A stretch of DNA of 64,000 nt, taken from a virus. Positions within the stretch are counted from its first letter, which is position 1. Each line of letters starts with the position of its first letter. Both the position numbers and the translations under genes were made by a program. Shown piece by piece: positions 27,219 through 37,364 of the stretch. The notes beneath the pieces were generated by a model. That model was given only the letters and a program-made list of their open reading frames with translations, was not told where the DNA came from and ran no database searches. The stretch lies in the IMG/VR virus record IMGVR_UViG_3300042924_005659; one strand, written 5' to 3'.

Positions 27219-29426
27219 TTAAGTTGATTTAACGAACTTGTACCTTAAAGACACTATTCCGAGTTTTCCAGAGTATCCATCAGTAGAGGAGCGAGCCAGC
27301 TTAAAGAAAGTCTCTCCGCCTGCATAGGCGGTGTCTAGCTCCACCTGTGTGATAAAGTAGTCTTTAGGGGTGGCTGTACCTGTAAGTATAGATAGGCCGC
27401 CCGATACAGCCCCATTTACGATATTAGCAGCATTCGTAAGGTTGTATTTCGTAGCAGGCGTTGTGGTAGGAGGAGGTTTCATGGTAACCCAGCTCAAATC
27501 CAATGCCGGCATCTGTACCGCTCCCGACGTATGCAGCGCCAAGAAGGTAATAACTAGATTGAGCTTATAGCTGCCTTCCAAATAGCCTGGAATATCTACC
27601 TTCCCGAGAATGGAGGAGTTCTTGCCCGGAGGCATTGCCGAATAGAATATGCTTGTAACGGCATCCTTCTCTATAAGGATATCGTCGATTGTCAGAATGT
27701 CCGGCTGCCCTTCCAGCTTTCCATCCAGTCCAGCAACTCCTACTGTGACCTCTCCCTGGCCGTTTGCAAAGGTGGAGTTAAGGCTGATGTTAGTGCCTGC
27801 GATGATGCGTTCTACCACCCGGCCACGCTTCATTGCAAAGTTAGATATATCCTTAACTACTAGGGATCCCGCCTCGGTCGTGGAGGCATCCGTTACCGTG
27901 AACCCAGCCTTTATGATAAGCGGTCCAGTAGTCGCAGGTCTGCCGTCAGGATCTGATATCGTAATAGGAGAGTCTGCAGGAGTCTCAAGACTAGTTACTA
28001 CCTTGATACCTCCACTAATTAGCTTGGTGTAAACCAGCGTAAGATCCGTAGGAGCCACTATCTGAGCAGCATCTGCTAAGCTCCAGTCTGTGAACTTTAC
28101 GTTGGTATCTGGTAGTACGTGCTTGCCGTTGATCTTGTGCCAAGGCAAGGAGTTAAACGCGTCTTTCCACCATATGCCATTGCTGTTTACGACAACGCTG
28201 ATGTCGGTTTGCGCTACACCGTCCTTGAATACCACGTAAGTGCCGACTACCGTCTCCGGAAAGAGTTGATGAAGTCTGGGATCTGCATCAAAGTTATATC
28301 CGTACTTAGCACCATTTGGAATTGGAACATTTGGAAAGTACTGTCCTGTTGCCGGCAGCCAACCAGGCAAAGTAGGATCTACGTACTGCCCCTTTATTAA
28401 ATATCCTACGGTAGGAGAGGTGGAGTCAATCAAGGATACGTAGGATGTTGCCTGAGCGGCAGTGCTAGAGTTTGCCCCATAGCTAACTCTATAGCCTGTA
28501 ACGGTGCCAGTAACCTTAACAGCAATTCCCAACGAAGCAGCAGCCTTAAACACTAAAGAATAATCAGCGTTATTTAAATTGAGCTGCTCAATGCCGTACT
28601 TGGTAAGAACTACATCCTTGAGCCTAAGCTCTCCTGACGTAATGGAATGCACTACGCCGGTAAGATAGATATTACCTATAGTGTCAGGCGTAGCGTAGTT
28701 GTGACTGTATAGTTGAACCGCCGTGCCTGCAAGTAGAGCAGTTGCTGCCCCTGCTGGAAAAGCCTCGGGGTTAGATCCAAATATACGAGTAAGTACCAGC
28801 TCGGGAGTTGCCGGACGAGCGGTCAAAGGGAATCTCAAAGCCTGCGTATCTAGGGCAGTGGTCAGCGGAGGACGAACCAGCAAGTGCGTATCGTCCAGCA
28901 AAGTGCATACTGGAACGCTGACTAGTCCTGGCTTAGGAGTGATTGTGCCTGCGTTTAGCGCACCTGAGCTTAGATACAGCACTCCACGATCCTGCGGATT
29001 CAGCAGCAGATTGCTAACAATTGATTCGCCAGTGCAGTCAATGGCCACGTAGAGAGACGGGTCTACTAAGCCCTCAACTACAATGACTCCGGAGTTGGCA
29101 GTATCCTTGTATACGACTATACCCGCAACCGTCGAGGACTCGGTAGCTTGCAGGTATCCGTCCTTGTACTCCATGTCTGCATAGGCGGGAGCAAACTTTG
29201 ACGCAGTCGAATTAAAGTAAACTACATGGCCTGTTTTTACATCGTCTGTAAAAGGAGCACCAGTAATGAATATAGCGGCGGCAAGACTCTGCGCATCCTG
29301 GCGATCCTTGAGGTGCTGCGTGCGATAAGCCAGTTGTGCAATGGCGCGATTTGCGACCTCAGCGGTGATTGGCTCACCGTTTTTGATAGTCTCGATTACG
29401 CTCTGCCAGGGTTGAATTGAGCTCAT
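27219..29426 (-). CDS. tail fibre / baseplate-attachment protein
   Basis: N-terminal ANRAIAQLAYRTQHLK, a typical fibre-attachment segment; follows the wedge genes. Confidence 0.65.
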   Translation of the reverse strand: MSSIQPWQSVIETIKNGEPITAEVANRAIAQLAYRTQHLKDRQDAQSLAAAIFITGAPFTDDVKTGHVVYFNSTASKFAPAYADMEYKDGYLQATESSTVAGIVVYKDTANSGVIVVEGLVDPSLYVAIDCTGESIVSNLLLNPQDRGVLYLSSGALNAGTITPKPGLVSVPVCTLLDDTHLLVRPPLTTALDTQALRFPLTARPATPELVLTRIFGSNPEAFPAGAATALLAGTAVQLYSHNYATPDTIGNIYLTGVVHSITSGELRLKDVVLTKYGIEQLNLNNADYSLVFKAAASLGIAVKVTGTVTGYRVSYGANSSTAAQATSYVSLIDSTSPTVGYLIKGQYVDPTLPGWLPATGQYFPNVPIPNGAKYGYNFDADPRLHQLFPETVVGTYVVFKDGVAQTDISVVVNSNGIWWKDAFNSLPWHKINGKHVLPDTNVKFTDWSLADAAQIVAPTDLTLVYTKLISGGIKVVTSLETPADSPITISDPDGRPATTGPLIIKAGFTVTDASTTEAGSLVVKDISNFAMKRGRVVERIIAGTNISLNSTFANGQGEVTVGVAGLDGKLEGQPDILTIDDILIEKDAVTSIFYSAMPPGKNSSILGKVDIPGYLEGSYKLNLVITFLALHTSGAVQMPALDLSWVTMKPPPTTTPATKYNLTNAANIVNGAVSGGLSILTGTATPKDYFITQVELDTAYAGGETFFKLARSSTDGYSGKLGIVSLRYKFVKST

Positions 29427-29430
29427 AGGA

Positions 29431-29934
29431 TTATGGCGCCGTTACGCTAACAGTAAGAGGGAAAGTTACAAAAAGCTCAGAGCTAGCCGTCTTGGTTAGG
29501 TACTCAGCTCCGCCGGTGAAGTAAGCACGAGCTAGGATAATATCTGAAGTACGCTCATTTTCCACCTCGGCTAATACCAGGGCTGCCCCATAGCATATGG
29601 AGCCTGTGCCGAAGGCGGTTCCACCTAACTCTCCAGCGGAGGTGGCGCTAGACTGCCCAAAGAAATTAGTGGTGGTTGAGTAGGTACTTCCAACTACAGT
29701 AGAGATGAGATTTGGATCTCTGATTGCTGGTACTCTCAAATAGTTCTTATTTGAAAGTTCGCTGTAGTATGTTTTTGGATTTGAAAAATTAGATATAGCT
29801 GCAGCACTTGTAAAGCCGACAGGAATATTACCGGCATTATTGGTGTACTCTAAGTACAGGTAGATCTTATGCGGCTGCTCAGCTACAGCTCGGGCAATAC
29901 CTAATGGAAGTTCTGCAGTAAATGTGGTGATCAT
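29431..29934 (-). CDS. baseplate-associated protein
   Basis: Synteny; 167 aa, beta-rich. Confidence 0.6.
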   Translation of the reverse strand: MITTFTAELPLGIARAVAEQPHKIYLYLEYTNNAGNIPVGFTSAAAISNFSNPKTYYSELSNKNYLRVPAIRDPNLISTVVGSTYSTTTNFFGQSSATSAGELGGTAFGTGSICYGAALVLAEVENERTSDIILARAYFTGGAEYLTKTASSELFVTFPLTVSVTAP

Positions 29935-29937
29935 AGA

Positions 29938-31131
29938 TCAATATCCGTAGATTGAGTATTTTACCTTCGCTGTGGCTTTAACAGAAGCCTGACTTTCATT
30001 TATAGTCAAAGCGGGAACTATCTGGCTGTACGAAGCTTTAGTGTTAAAGCTAAAATTTGCTTGGTTTATTGAAGTCGCTGGAACGTCTATATTTGTAAAT
30101 ATAAGCACCTTAACATCGACTGGCAGCATGGTCTTAAATGCTTTTAAAGCCGCTGCTTGAGGCCCCTGAATATCGCATTTAATAATTACCATCGAGCTGG
30201 CTATTGCCGAACTGCGTCCGTATTTAAAAGTCTTAGGATCTCTATATACGGCCGGTATATCGGCTGCTAAGTATATATCCTTATCGTGGAGTATCTGCAG
30301 CCGAGAGTCTAAGGGCGTACCTTGAGGCAGTATCTGGTTTATTTTTATAGGGTTAGACTTGTAGGCAGAGGTTGCATAAGCTCCGGAGTCTGTAATGATT
30401 AGAGCTAAGCCTTGCTGAAGTTCAAAGACCTCGACTGTTTCGTCTTTTTGCGTAACAGGAGTGCCGGAACAGGATCCTAGCATGTTCAGCATGTCTAAAT
30501 AGGTAGGTCCGTAAGTACCAAGCCTCCACAGATACTTAAACGGAACTTTTGAGTAGACCTTATCCGACAGCTGAATTCCCAACGCGTAACCAAGCCTACT
30601 GGTTGTAAAGCCTGCCTCCCTAACAACATTTCTGGCATATAGCGTTACTTCCCTATTAGCTCCCTTTTCTGTGTCCTCAATTGTTCTCAAGGGCTTTTGA
30701 AACTTAATGACTCCTGCTTCCAACTTATAGTCTATGCCTTGCGTAAGAACTTTGGTTGGATTACTTACGTCATCGTATAAATAGGGAATATCCAATACGT
30801 CGGAGTCTATGACGTAGGATATTCTGCTGTTGTCCAGCTGTCCATATGCGTACATAACTCCAGACAAACCATACTTTTTATTGAAGTCTCCGTACACGAT
30901 TGGACTTTGCGTGTATGCACTAAATACTATTTTAGTCCATACGTGAGTTTGCCCTGCAGGTATTTCCTGGTTGCCTACGGATCTGACCAATTCCGTAGCA
31001 GCTCGCTCAGACTGTTCGTGGTTTGACAAAACCCCCTGAAATAACTTTTTCAGTAGCTCTTTGCTACCAAATAGCCGACTCCAGAATGAGCCTAGTAGAG
31101 CCAGAAGTTGTCTAGGGTATAAGCTGTTCAT
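29938..31131 (-). CDS. baseplate wedge protein (gpI-like position)
   Basis: Directly after baseplate J; LLALLGSFWSRLF N-terminus. Confidence 0.6.
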   Translation of the reverse strand: MNSLYPRQLLALLGSFWSRLFGSKELLKKLFQGVLSNHEQSERAATELVRSVGNQEIPAGQTHVWTKIVFSAYTQSPIVYGDFNKKYGLSGVMYAYGQLDNSRISYVIDSDVLDIPYLYDDVSNPTKVLTQGIDYKLEAGVIKFQKPLRTIEDTEKGANREVTLYARNVVREAGFTTSRLGYALGIQLSDKVYSKVPFKYLWRLGTYGPTYLDMLNMLGSCSGTPVTQKDETVEVFELQQGLALIITDSGAYATSAYKSNPIKINQILPQGTPLDSRLQILHDKDIYLAADIPAVYRDPKTFKYGRSSAIASSMVIIKCDIQGPQAAALKAFKTMLPVDVKVLIFTNIDVPATSINQANFSFNTKASYSQIVPALTINESQASVKATAKVKYSIYGY

Positions 31132-32891
31132 CTACGGCATTCCACAACGGCAATGTCGACCAACGCCGACTCTAGGAAGAAGGCTACCGTATTCTGAGTC
31201 AGTCCTCTGCTGGGCATCTTCGGCGGCTTAAGAGCATCGGACGAGTAGATAATGTCCTTTTCCAGCTTTTGTCCAATTACGACAGCGTACAGGTGAACTG
31301 GCAGATCCACGGTATATCCAGAAGGAATATTCTGGTATGCGGTATGAATTAGTGCACTGGCCGGAATGGATTGGCCCATCTCGAAGGAGTTAAACTTCGA
31401 TACAAGGGCGGCCTTCAATGCAGCCATATCTGGATCCTGAGCTCCCGCAGGTTTGATCAATCGCATTTCCAGACTGCACATAGCTGGAATAGGAGCGTGC
31501 ACCAGAACGTCGGCACTGAGGCTCCGCTCGGCAGCCGAGTCAACGTAGCCCTGGATCTCAACTATGTTTGGCATCTTGAGATACTCGACATAGAAGTAGA
31601 AGAAGTCTACGAACCCTTCGCCAGTATTTAGAAATAGATTGCAGGGACCCGTTGGTGCCGTAGGGGACGGAACTACACTGGAGGTCTCAACATACTCGTT
31701 GGCCAACCAAGGATTGGGGTTTCCCAGGCTGCCATTCTCTATCAGGCCCAGAGCAAGAGGAGTAGCGGCTTCCTTGATGTGCGGATATGGCACTAGGAAT
31801 CTAATAGTGGCCTTTTGATAAGCCGTAAATGCTGCGGATTCCGGCCCTTGTACCAAGTGCAGCGAATTACCTTCTAGCGTACGAACATCGGAAACCAGCT
31901 CGAGCCCTGCCTGCTGAGAAAGCGTGGACTTAATGTTTTCTACTGAGTACATTCCTGCCGCTTTAGAGGACGGCAGTACGATTTCAAAGAGAGCCTCCTG
32001 ATTGCTGACATCGTAGGAGATCATCTGCGCAGCAAGCTTCTCTTGAACTCTGGATGGATATGCGGCAGACTTTACGTACAGGTCTATTCTATTGCCAATG
32101 TGGACTCCATCCACCAGGTCTCTGGTCATCTCCGGATCAAGGAATCCTACGACTCCAACATCCTTTATTCCCGAGAACTGAGTTTTCAGCTTGGCCTTTA
32201 TGTGATCTCTACCGCCAAATACCTTACCTACAATTCCGGTCTTGGCCTTGGATAGCAGAGTCACGTTGTCGTCCTCGTCTGCACCTCCAGTAAAATCGGA
32301 ATCAGCCTTTGCTGAAGTAAGAGTGGAAACACTGGGAGTCACTCCGGTGACAACAGTGGTTGCTCGGATGTTTCCGGCAGATCCTGGCGTAACCGCAATA
32401 AGATCTATGACCACCGTGTATAAGGATCCGGACTGTTCAAAGACTCTTTGATTGGAGGCGCCGGTATAGTTCTCTAGCGAGACCAGGACGTAAGAGGCTG
32501 CCGGCTGGAACAACAGGCCTGCCATGGTAAACTGCATGTCCTTGGGGATTACGGTCGAGTTGTTCGACGAAAAGAACATTCTAAGCGTACCGGACGCCGT
32601 CGACCCTTGGGCTCGGGTGACATTGAAGTTAGACAAGACTCTTTCAAGCTGGGTATCGTCCACCGCATCAGGGTTCTTAGATATCTCCAACAGGCTGCTT
32701 GAGATCAACGCTAAGTCGATCTGCTCCTGAATCCTCGTCTCCAAGTGAGCGTACAGCTTTATTACTAAGTCTCGCAACACTGTTCCAGCCGACAAATCCA
32801 AGGTGGGATAAGCCGACTGAACAAATGCTATAATCTGCTCTTCCTTTGAGAACACCGCTTCTGGAGACTGATCTGCTATTGGAGTTTCCAT
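31128..32891 (-). CDS. baseplate J-like wedge protein
   Basis: LDLSAGTVLRDL, NFNVTRAQGSTASG, AVTPGSAGNI, FTGGADEDDN. Confidence 0.9.
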   Translation of the reverse strand: METPIADQSPEAVFSKEEQIIAFVQSAYPTLDLSAGTVLRDLVIKLYAHLETRIQEQIDLALISSSLLEISKNPDAVDDTQLERVLSNFNVTRAQGSTASGTLRMFFSSNNSTVIPKDMQFTMAGLLFQPAASYVLVSLENYTGASNQRVFEQSGSLYTVVIDLIAVTPGSAGNIRATTVVTGVTPSVSTLTSAKADSDFTGGADEDDNVTLLSKAKTGIVGKVFGGRDHIKAKLKTQFSGIKDVGVVGFLDPEMTRDLVDGVHIGNRIDLYVKSAAYPSRVQEKLAAQMISYDVSNQEALFEIVLPSSKAAGMYSVENIKSTLSQQAGLELVSDVRTLEGNSLHLVQGPESAAFTAYQKATIRFLVPYPHIKEAATPLALGLIENGSLGNPNPWLANEYVETSSVVPSPTAPTGPCNLFLNTGEGFVDFFYFYVEYLKMPNIVEIQGYVDSAAERSLSADVLVHAPIPAMCSLEMRLIKPAGAQDPDMAALKAALVSKFNSFEMGQSIPASALIHTAYQNIPSGYTVDLPVHLYAVVIGQKLEKDIIYSSDALKPPKMPSRGLTQNTVAFFLESALVDIAVVECRR

Positions 32892-32892
32892 A

Positions 32893-33348
32893 TTACACCG
32901 TGGAGATGGTCACAGGGACCAAGATTGTTGAAGAGTCTTGAAATGTGAAGCGCAAGGACATTACCGCAGAGTCCAGAGTGACACTGAGTCCCTCTAGGGC
33001 GACGTCCTCCAACGCCTCGTCGACACTAGGAGCAAGCACAGAGCTCTTTATGTAGTTGATTATGTCGTTCTTTTCAGAGTAAAAGGCAAAAGACAAAGCC
33101 AGGGAGGTATGTATCTGTCCGCCAAAAAGCTTTGTTACAAAAGAAGTGCCGTACTCTGGCTCGCTGGCCACAGATCCTTTATCGGTCATCAGGCACTTAA
33201 AGAACTTTTGCACTACTTTGTACGGACCGGATATAGCAGAGCCCGAGTCAGATATGGCGATATTGACTGGCGCTATACCTCCATAGCTAGGAGTCTCTAG
33301 CACGCATACATCTACAGCTTTTCCTATGTAGGATTGGGATACGGCCAT
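32893..33348 (-). CDS. gp25/gpW-like baseplate wedge protein
   Basis: VVQKFFKCLMTDKGSVASEPEYGT, immediately upstream of baseplate J. Confidence 0.8.
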   Translation of the reverse strand: MAVSQSYIGKAVDVCVLETPSYGGIAPVNIAISDSGSAISGPYKVVQKFFKCLMTDKGSVASEPEYGTSFVTKLFGGQIHTSLALSFAFYSEKNDIINYIKSSVLAPSVDEALEDVALEGLSVTLDSAVMSLRFTFQDSSTILVPVTISTV

Positions 33349-33764
33349 TAGTCCTTACCCTCCTCTACTGCCAGGAACTTCTCGACATTGGCTTGCATTG
33401 TCGCCAGCATTCCGGAGTTCTCGCGCTGAATGTTTTTGCGACGACCTGCCTCATCAAGAATTCTGTGTATTCTGTTTGAATACCTGAAAGCCATATCTCT
33501 ATGTGCGGCAGCCACCATGTCGTGTTGCAGCTGGGCCTTCATGGCATCAAAGAATTTGAACTTGTCCTTGCCTACTGCGTCAAGAAACTCCTGGGCCAGT
33601 TCGTTTCTATCAAACTGCTTTACCAGGTCCGCTGGAGTGTTGTCGTACTCTTTAGGCTCCCAAAGCAGTCTGAACGACCCAGAAGACAACACACCTCCGC
33701 CGCTGGCAGAGTTCTTGGTTGCCTCCTTGATGGCGTCAAATATCTTTTGAGCCGCAGAATTCAC
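33348..33764 (-). CDS. hypothetical helical protein
   Basis: GTG start overlaps the sigma-factor stop. Confidence 0.65.
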   Translation of the reverse strand: MNSAAQKIFDAIKEATKNSASGGGVLSSGSFRLLWEPKEYDNTPADLVKQFDRNELAQEFLDAVGKDKFKFFDAMKAQLQHDMVAAAHRDMAFRYSNRIHRILDEAGRRKNIQRENSGMLATMQANVEKFLAVEEGKD

Positions 33765-34510
33765 AAGCCTCTCCTGTTCAATTGAGCGTATTCATCTAAT
33801 CTTGCTGCAATGGACGTCGTGAGCTGACTGACTCTGCCTGGGCTTATTTTCAGTTTTTTGGCAATGTCGTTATTGCTCAACATCTTCTTATTGTTGTAGC
33901 CTAGCTTGTGTTCGAGAATAACCTGCTCCTGCGGAGTGAACGAGCTATACATGGTGTCCAGTACGTCTTTTTGAAATCCTGGATTCTGGGCTACGGTAAT
34001 CTCCTGAGAGGTCACTGGATTATCTCCGGAGAACGCCGTAGAGCCTTCGCTGAAGACTCGTTTGTCCATTCCACGAATTTTATTTAGCTGTCGGACGGAC
34101 ATACCTGTCAGATCAGCGAGCTCTCCGTCGCTGGCCACTCTGCCTTTGTTCTCATAGAACTCGGCCTCGTATCTCTTAAGTGCACTGATCTGCTGGTAGG
34201 CCCTTTCAGGAACAGGAGATGGGGTGAGCTCTCTAGAGTATCTGCTGAGAGGCTGTAGCTGCGTATAGACCCAGCTGCGCAAAGACGACCCCGAATTAGG
34301 AGCGTATTTCTTTATTGCCTTGGCGGCCAATAACTTGGCTCTGGTCTTTACTGCAGGCCCAGCATTGAGTCCTGAGTAGGCGTACACAGCCTTATCGATA
34401 TCTGGACCGAGCTGATCCAACATCGCCTGCATCTGCGTAGAGTTTTGGCCTTTGGACCAGACTGCGTACATATCATCAAGAGATTGTTTTTTAATTGGAA
34501 TAGGGTCCAT
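33761..34510 (-). CDS. sigma70-family (FliA-like) RNA polymerase sigma factor
   Basis: Region 2-like SSLRSWVYTQL, region 3 ELADLTGMSVRQL, region 4 FTPQEQVIL...SNNDIAKKLKISPGRVSQL. Confidence 0.85.
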   Translation of the reverse strand: MDPIPIKKQSLDDMYAVWSKGQNSTQMQAMLDQLGPDIDKAVYAYSGLNAGPAVKTRAKLLAAKAIKKYAPNSGSSLRSWVYTQLQPLSRYSRELTPSPVPERAYQQISALKRYEAEFYENKGRVASDGELADLTGMSVRQLNKIRGMDKRVFSEGSTAFSGDNPVTSQEITVAQNPGFQKDVLDTMYSSFTPQEQVILEHKLGYNNKKMLSNNDIAKKLKISPGRVSQLTTSIAARLDEYAQLNRRGL

Positions 34511-34519
34511 AAGGCTATT

Positions 34520-36136
34520 TTACACTTTTTTCAACGGAGATTCAGCATTGGTTGGCTTGTTTAGAAATAATCCTGCAGGCTCGCCAGAATCAGACACTCC
34601 AAACATATCTAAATCCTGACTTTCCATTAAATGCCGCAATCTATAGGAGGTCATTATTTTATTGGATGCTGCTGAGAGGGTATACGTAACGGCTTCTACA
34701 ATGCCGCGCTTTATCCAATTTTTAGCCAGTCCTGATACGTTTGCTCCTGACGCAGAACCAGCGGAGCGGTAAATCTTTACGCAATCCCCAGGAGCTACAT
34801 CAAGTCTAAATCCGCACATTACGTCCTGAGTCTTGGTAGAGAACACCTTGGAGAAGTAGTATGACTTGGCTAGTTCGTCCGCAAAACCCTTTGGTACAGA
34901 TTGCTGAGTAGCGTTCGTATTTGGAGCCTTGGGGCTGGTAATCGGCACTATGCCTACCTGGGACTTAAACTGCCCATCGGGGACTTGGCTACCTCTAACG
35001 TTGCTTAAATACTCTGGGGTCGGAAACACTATAAACGGACCTCCATCCACCTTGCCTTGAAATGGAGCCACGTATTGACCTGTGAAGTTGCCCTCAACTA
35101 CGCTCTTGTCGATGTTTACAATGGAAGAGCCTGTGCCTCCACCGTACATGATTGCACCTATAGGTAGCTGTGCAGGATTTGCAGAACTGCCTCCAAAGTC
35201 GCACTCCGAGTCCGGAATAAAGACGTCCACTGGAGCGAGTGGGTTGTAGGACATCATCAGGCACTCATCTACTCTTGGAGCCAGCACGGCGCCAAAAGCA
35301 GACGATAAAGAAACAAATTTCTCAAAAGCGCTGCTTCCACCGCTGCCGGTAAATATCACGGTTCCGACTAAATCATTTATGGCGTGGGTGACCAGAGTTG
35401 CCGACCCCAACGCACTAGAGGCCTTGGAGTTAAGCTTCATCTTGCCTTTGGAGTATATTCTCTCCATGGCGGCAATGGCTGCCCCGTTGTTTGAAGGAGT
35501 ATCGCTAGTTCGGAATCTCCTCAGAGGCTGACCTGCCTTGTATATTGCCGCAGGCCTAATGATGTCCTCCCACCAATCCTGCGACACATAGGCACTGTCT
35601 GCTACCACCTGCCCCTGACCTATGTATGTAGGCTGGACATGGTCTTTGTTCGGCAAAGAAGAGTCTTGAACGGTAAACCAGGAGTCAGGTGCGTTTTTGT
35701 CGAAGTCGCCAGATGCAAATGAAGCCAGGTCCAGATCGTACATCCAGTGCACTAGTACAACGGTGGTAGCCACTCCAGTAGTGCTGAAATCCGCTGAACT
35801 TGACAGCACGTATCCGTCAAACAATACCCATTCGCCATCTCCTTGTGGAGTAGCCTTCGAGCCGTTTGGATGCGGCTTTCCAGAACCCTTAACTCTGAGC
35901 TTTGCCGACTTTCTGCCGGTAAGGTCCTGCGGGTCCAGAAGTTGGTTTCCGCCCGACGCGTTTGCGTTATTAAACGTGATTCCTGACGGCACAACTACTC
36001 TAGCGATGGGAATTTGATTAAGTACAAACTCGACCACTGCCTCCACCACAGGCACAGTCTTGCCATTTACCTCCAGGTCTACCGAGACCTTGTAGGCGGC
36101 ATGCTTGGCGCTGAGAGTGCTTGGAGTATTGGCCAT
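34520..36136 (-). CDS. baseplate hub protein (gp27/gpD-like)
   Basis: LFDGYVLSSS..., C-terminal GFRLDVAPGDCVKI...GIVEAVTY; synteny. Confidence 0.7.
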   Translation of the reverse strand: MANTPSTLSAKHAAYKVSVDLEVNGKTVPVVEAVVEFVLNQIPIARVVVPSGITFNNANASGGNQLLDPQDLTGRKSAKLRVKGSGKPHPNGSKATPQGDGEWVLFDGYVLSSSADFSTTGVATTVVLVHWMYDLDLASFASGDFDKNAPDSWFTVQDSSLPNKDHVQPTYIGQGQVVADSAYVSQDWWEDIIRPAAIYKAGQPLRRFRTSDTPSNNGAAIAAMERIYSKGKMKLNSKASSALGSATLVTHAINDLVGTVIFTGSGGSSAFEKFVSLSSAFGAVLAPRVDECLMMSYNPLAPVDVFIPDSECDFGGSSANPAQLPIGAIMYGGGTGSSIVNIDKSVVEGNFTGQYVAPFQGKVDGGPFIVFPTPEYLSNVRGSQVPDGQFKSQVGIVPITSPKAPNTNATQQSVPKGFADELAKSYYFSKVFSTKTQDVMCGFRLDVAPGDCVKIYRSAGSASGANVSGLAKNWIKRGIVEAVTYTLSAASNKIMTSYRLRHLMESQDLDMFGVSDSGEPAGLFLNKPTNAESPLKKV

Positions 36137-36873
36137 TAGATTTCGTTGATAGCAAGAATAAAAGCGGCAATGGCATCTTCGATGATGGTGCCATTCAGAA
36201 TAGCGTCGCTGTATTCTAATTTGTTTGCAGTGATTCGGGATACCAGATCTGGCTTAGAGAGTATTGCGGAGTATATAGGCATGCAATCGCCGGAATAAGG
36301 AGTACGAACAGTGGCAGAGAATGATACTTCGTCTCCGGTACCTGCACTGCACGTAAACGCCATTGCGTAGCCAGAAGTTCCAACTGCCGTATGATTTAGC
36401 GTCGAAGAGAAGCTGGCAGCCTGCATTCCGTTGACGCTAAACGTAAGGTTTGGAAAAGTACCAGTGACGGAAACTCTCCACATGTTTCCAAAGGGATCCG
36501 CCGTTCCAGTAATAATCGACGAGTACTTTATGTACTGAGAGGCCTGATTAACGACGACACCTATGGCGTCCTCGAATATAGGCATAAGCTCATCAACTGA
36601 CTCCAAATAGGAGCGCCAGTTTATCTTGTCAGCAAATTTGCTGTTTCTAATTATGAAGGACAGATGCCTAACTCTGCGGGCCACAAACTCCGGATCCGTA
36701 GAATCCAGGCCAAGCAATTTTGCTGCAGCCTCGTAATCTGCGCTGTATGCCAATGGCACTGAATCTGCAATTGCCGGAATACCTGGCACAAAAGCCAGGT
36801 CCTGGCGGTTTGCTAACAGCTTTGCAAACGGAGCATCAGCAGGAACAGGATTGGAGCTTGAGTAAAACAGCAT
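36136..36873 (-). CDS. hypothetical baseplate-region protein
   Basis: Coupled ORF. Confidence 0.65.
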   Translation of the reverse strand: MLFYSSSNPVPADAPFAKLLANRQDLAFVPGIPAIADSVPLAYSADYEAAAKLLGLDSTDPEFVARRVRHLSFIIRNSKFADKINWRSYLESVDELMPIFEDAIGVVVNQASQYIKYSSIITGTADPFGNMWRVSVTGTFPNLTFSVNGMQAASFSSTLNHTAVGTSGYAMAFTCSAGTGDEVSFSATVRTPYSGDCMPIYSAILSKPDLVSRITANKLEYSDAILNGTIIEDAIAAFILAINEI

Positions 36874-36875
36874 GT

Positions 36876-37364
36876 TTATTTACTGGGAATGATGGACATG
36901 GTGATGCTGAACTTTGCAAATCCGAACTCTGCGGGAGAGCTGCCAATTTCCAAAGTCATGCCTTCTATAAAGCCTTCTAGAACCACGGGCATTATCTGCA
37001 GCTTTACCGGAGTCTGAACTGCAGAAAAATTAGAAGCCTTATTATTGTTGTAGAAGTCTATGACCTTTTGTGCTGCGCTGTAATCTCTGGTTCCTCCGGT
37101 GCACACGGATGCAGGCAAAGCCATTCCCGTTATGATCGCCTTGGACATCTCGTTGCCAAGAGGATAGATGTACAGAGAGTCTCCCAGAGTGCTGAAGTAT
37201 GCCACCTTGATCTGCTGGCTTACTGCAACTGAGCTTATGAGTATGTCGACACTGTTATTTACAAGTGCCGCTTTTCCAGTGAGTTCGATGTTAGACATCT
37301 GCCCTGGAGTCGCGCCGTCTATATGTACTACGGCACCGCTAGAACGTGCAAATAGATCAGGCAT
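36876..37364 (-). CDS. tube-like baseplate initiator (paralog of the tail tube)
   Basis: ILISSVAVSQQIKVAY...SLYIYPLG aligns by eye with tube LLIQNLQLSYQQQVSF...DVYYIAG; follows the tape measure. Confidence 0.65.
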   Translation of the reverse strand: MPDLFARSSGAVVHIDGATPGQMSNIELTGKAALVNNSVDILISSVAVSQQIKVAYFSTLGDSLYIYPLGNEMSKAIITGMALPASVCTGGTRDYSAAQKVIDFYNNNKASNFSAVQTPVKLQIMPVVLEGFIEGMTLEIGSSPAEFGFAKFSITMSIIPSK

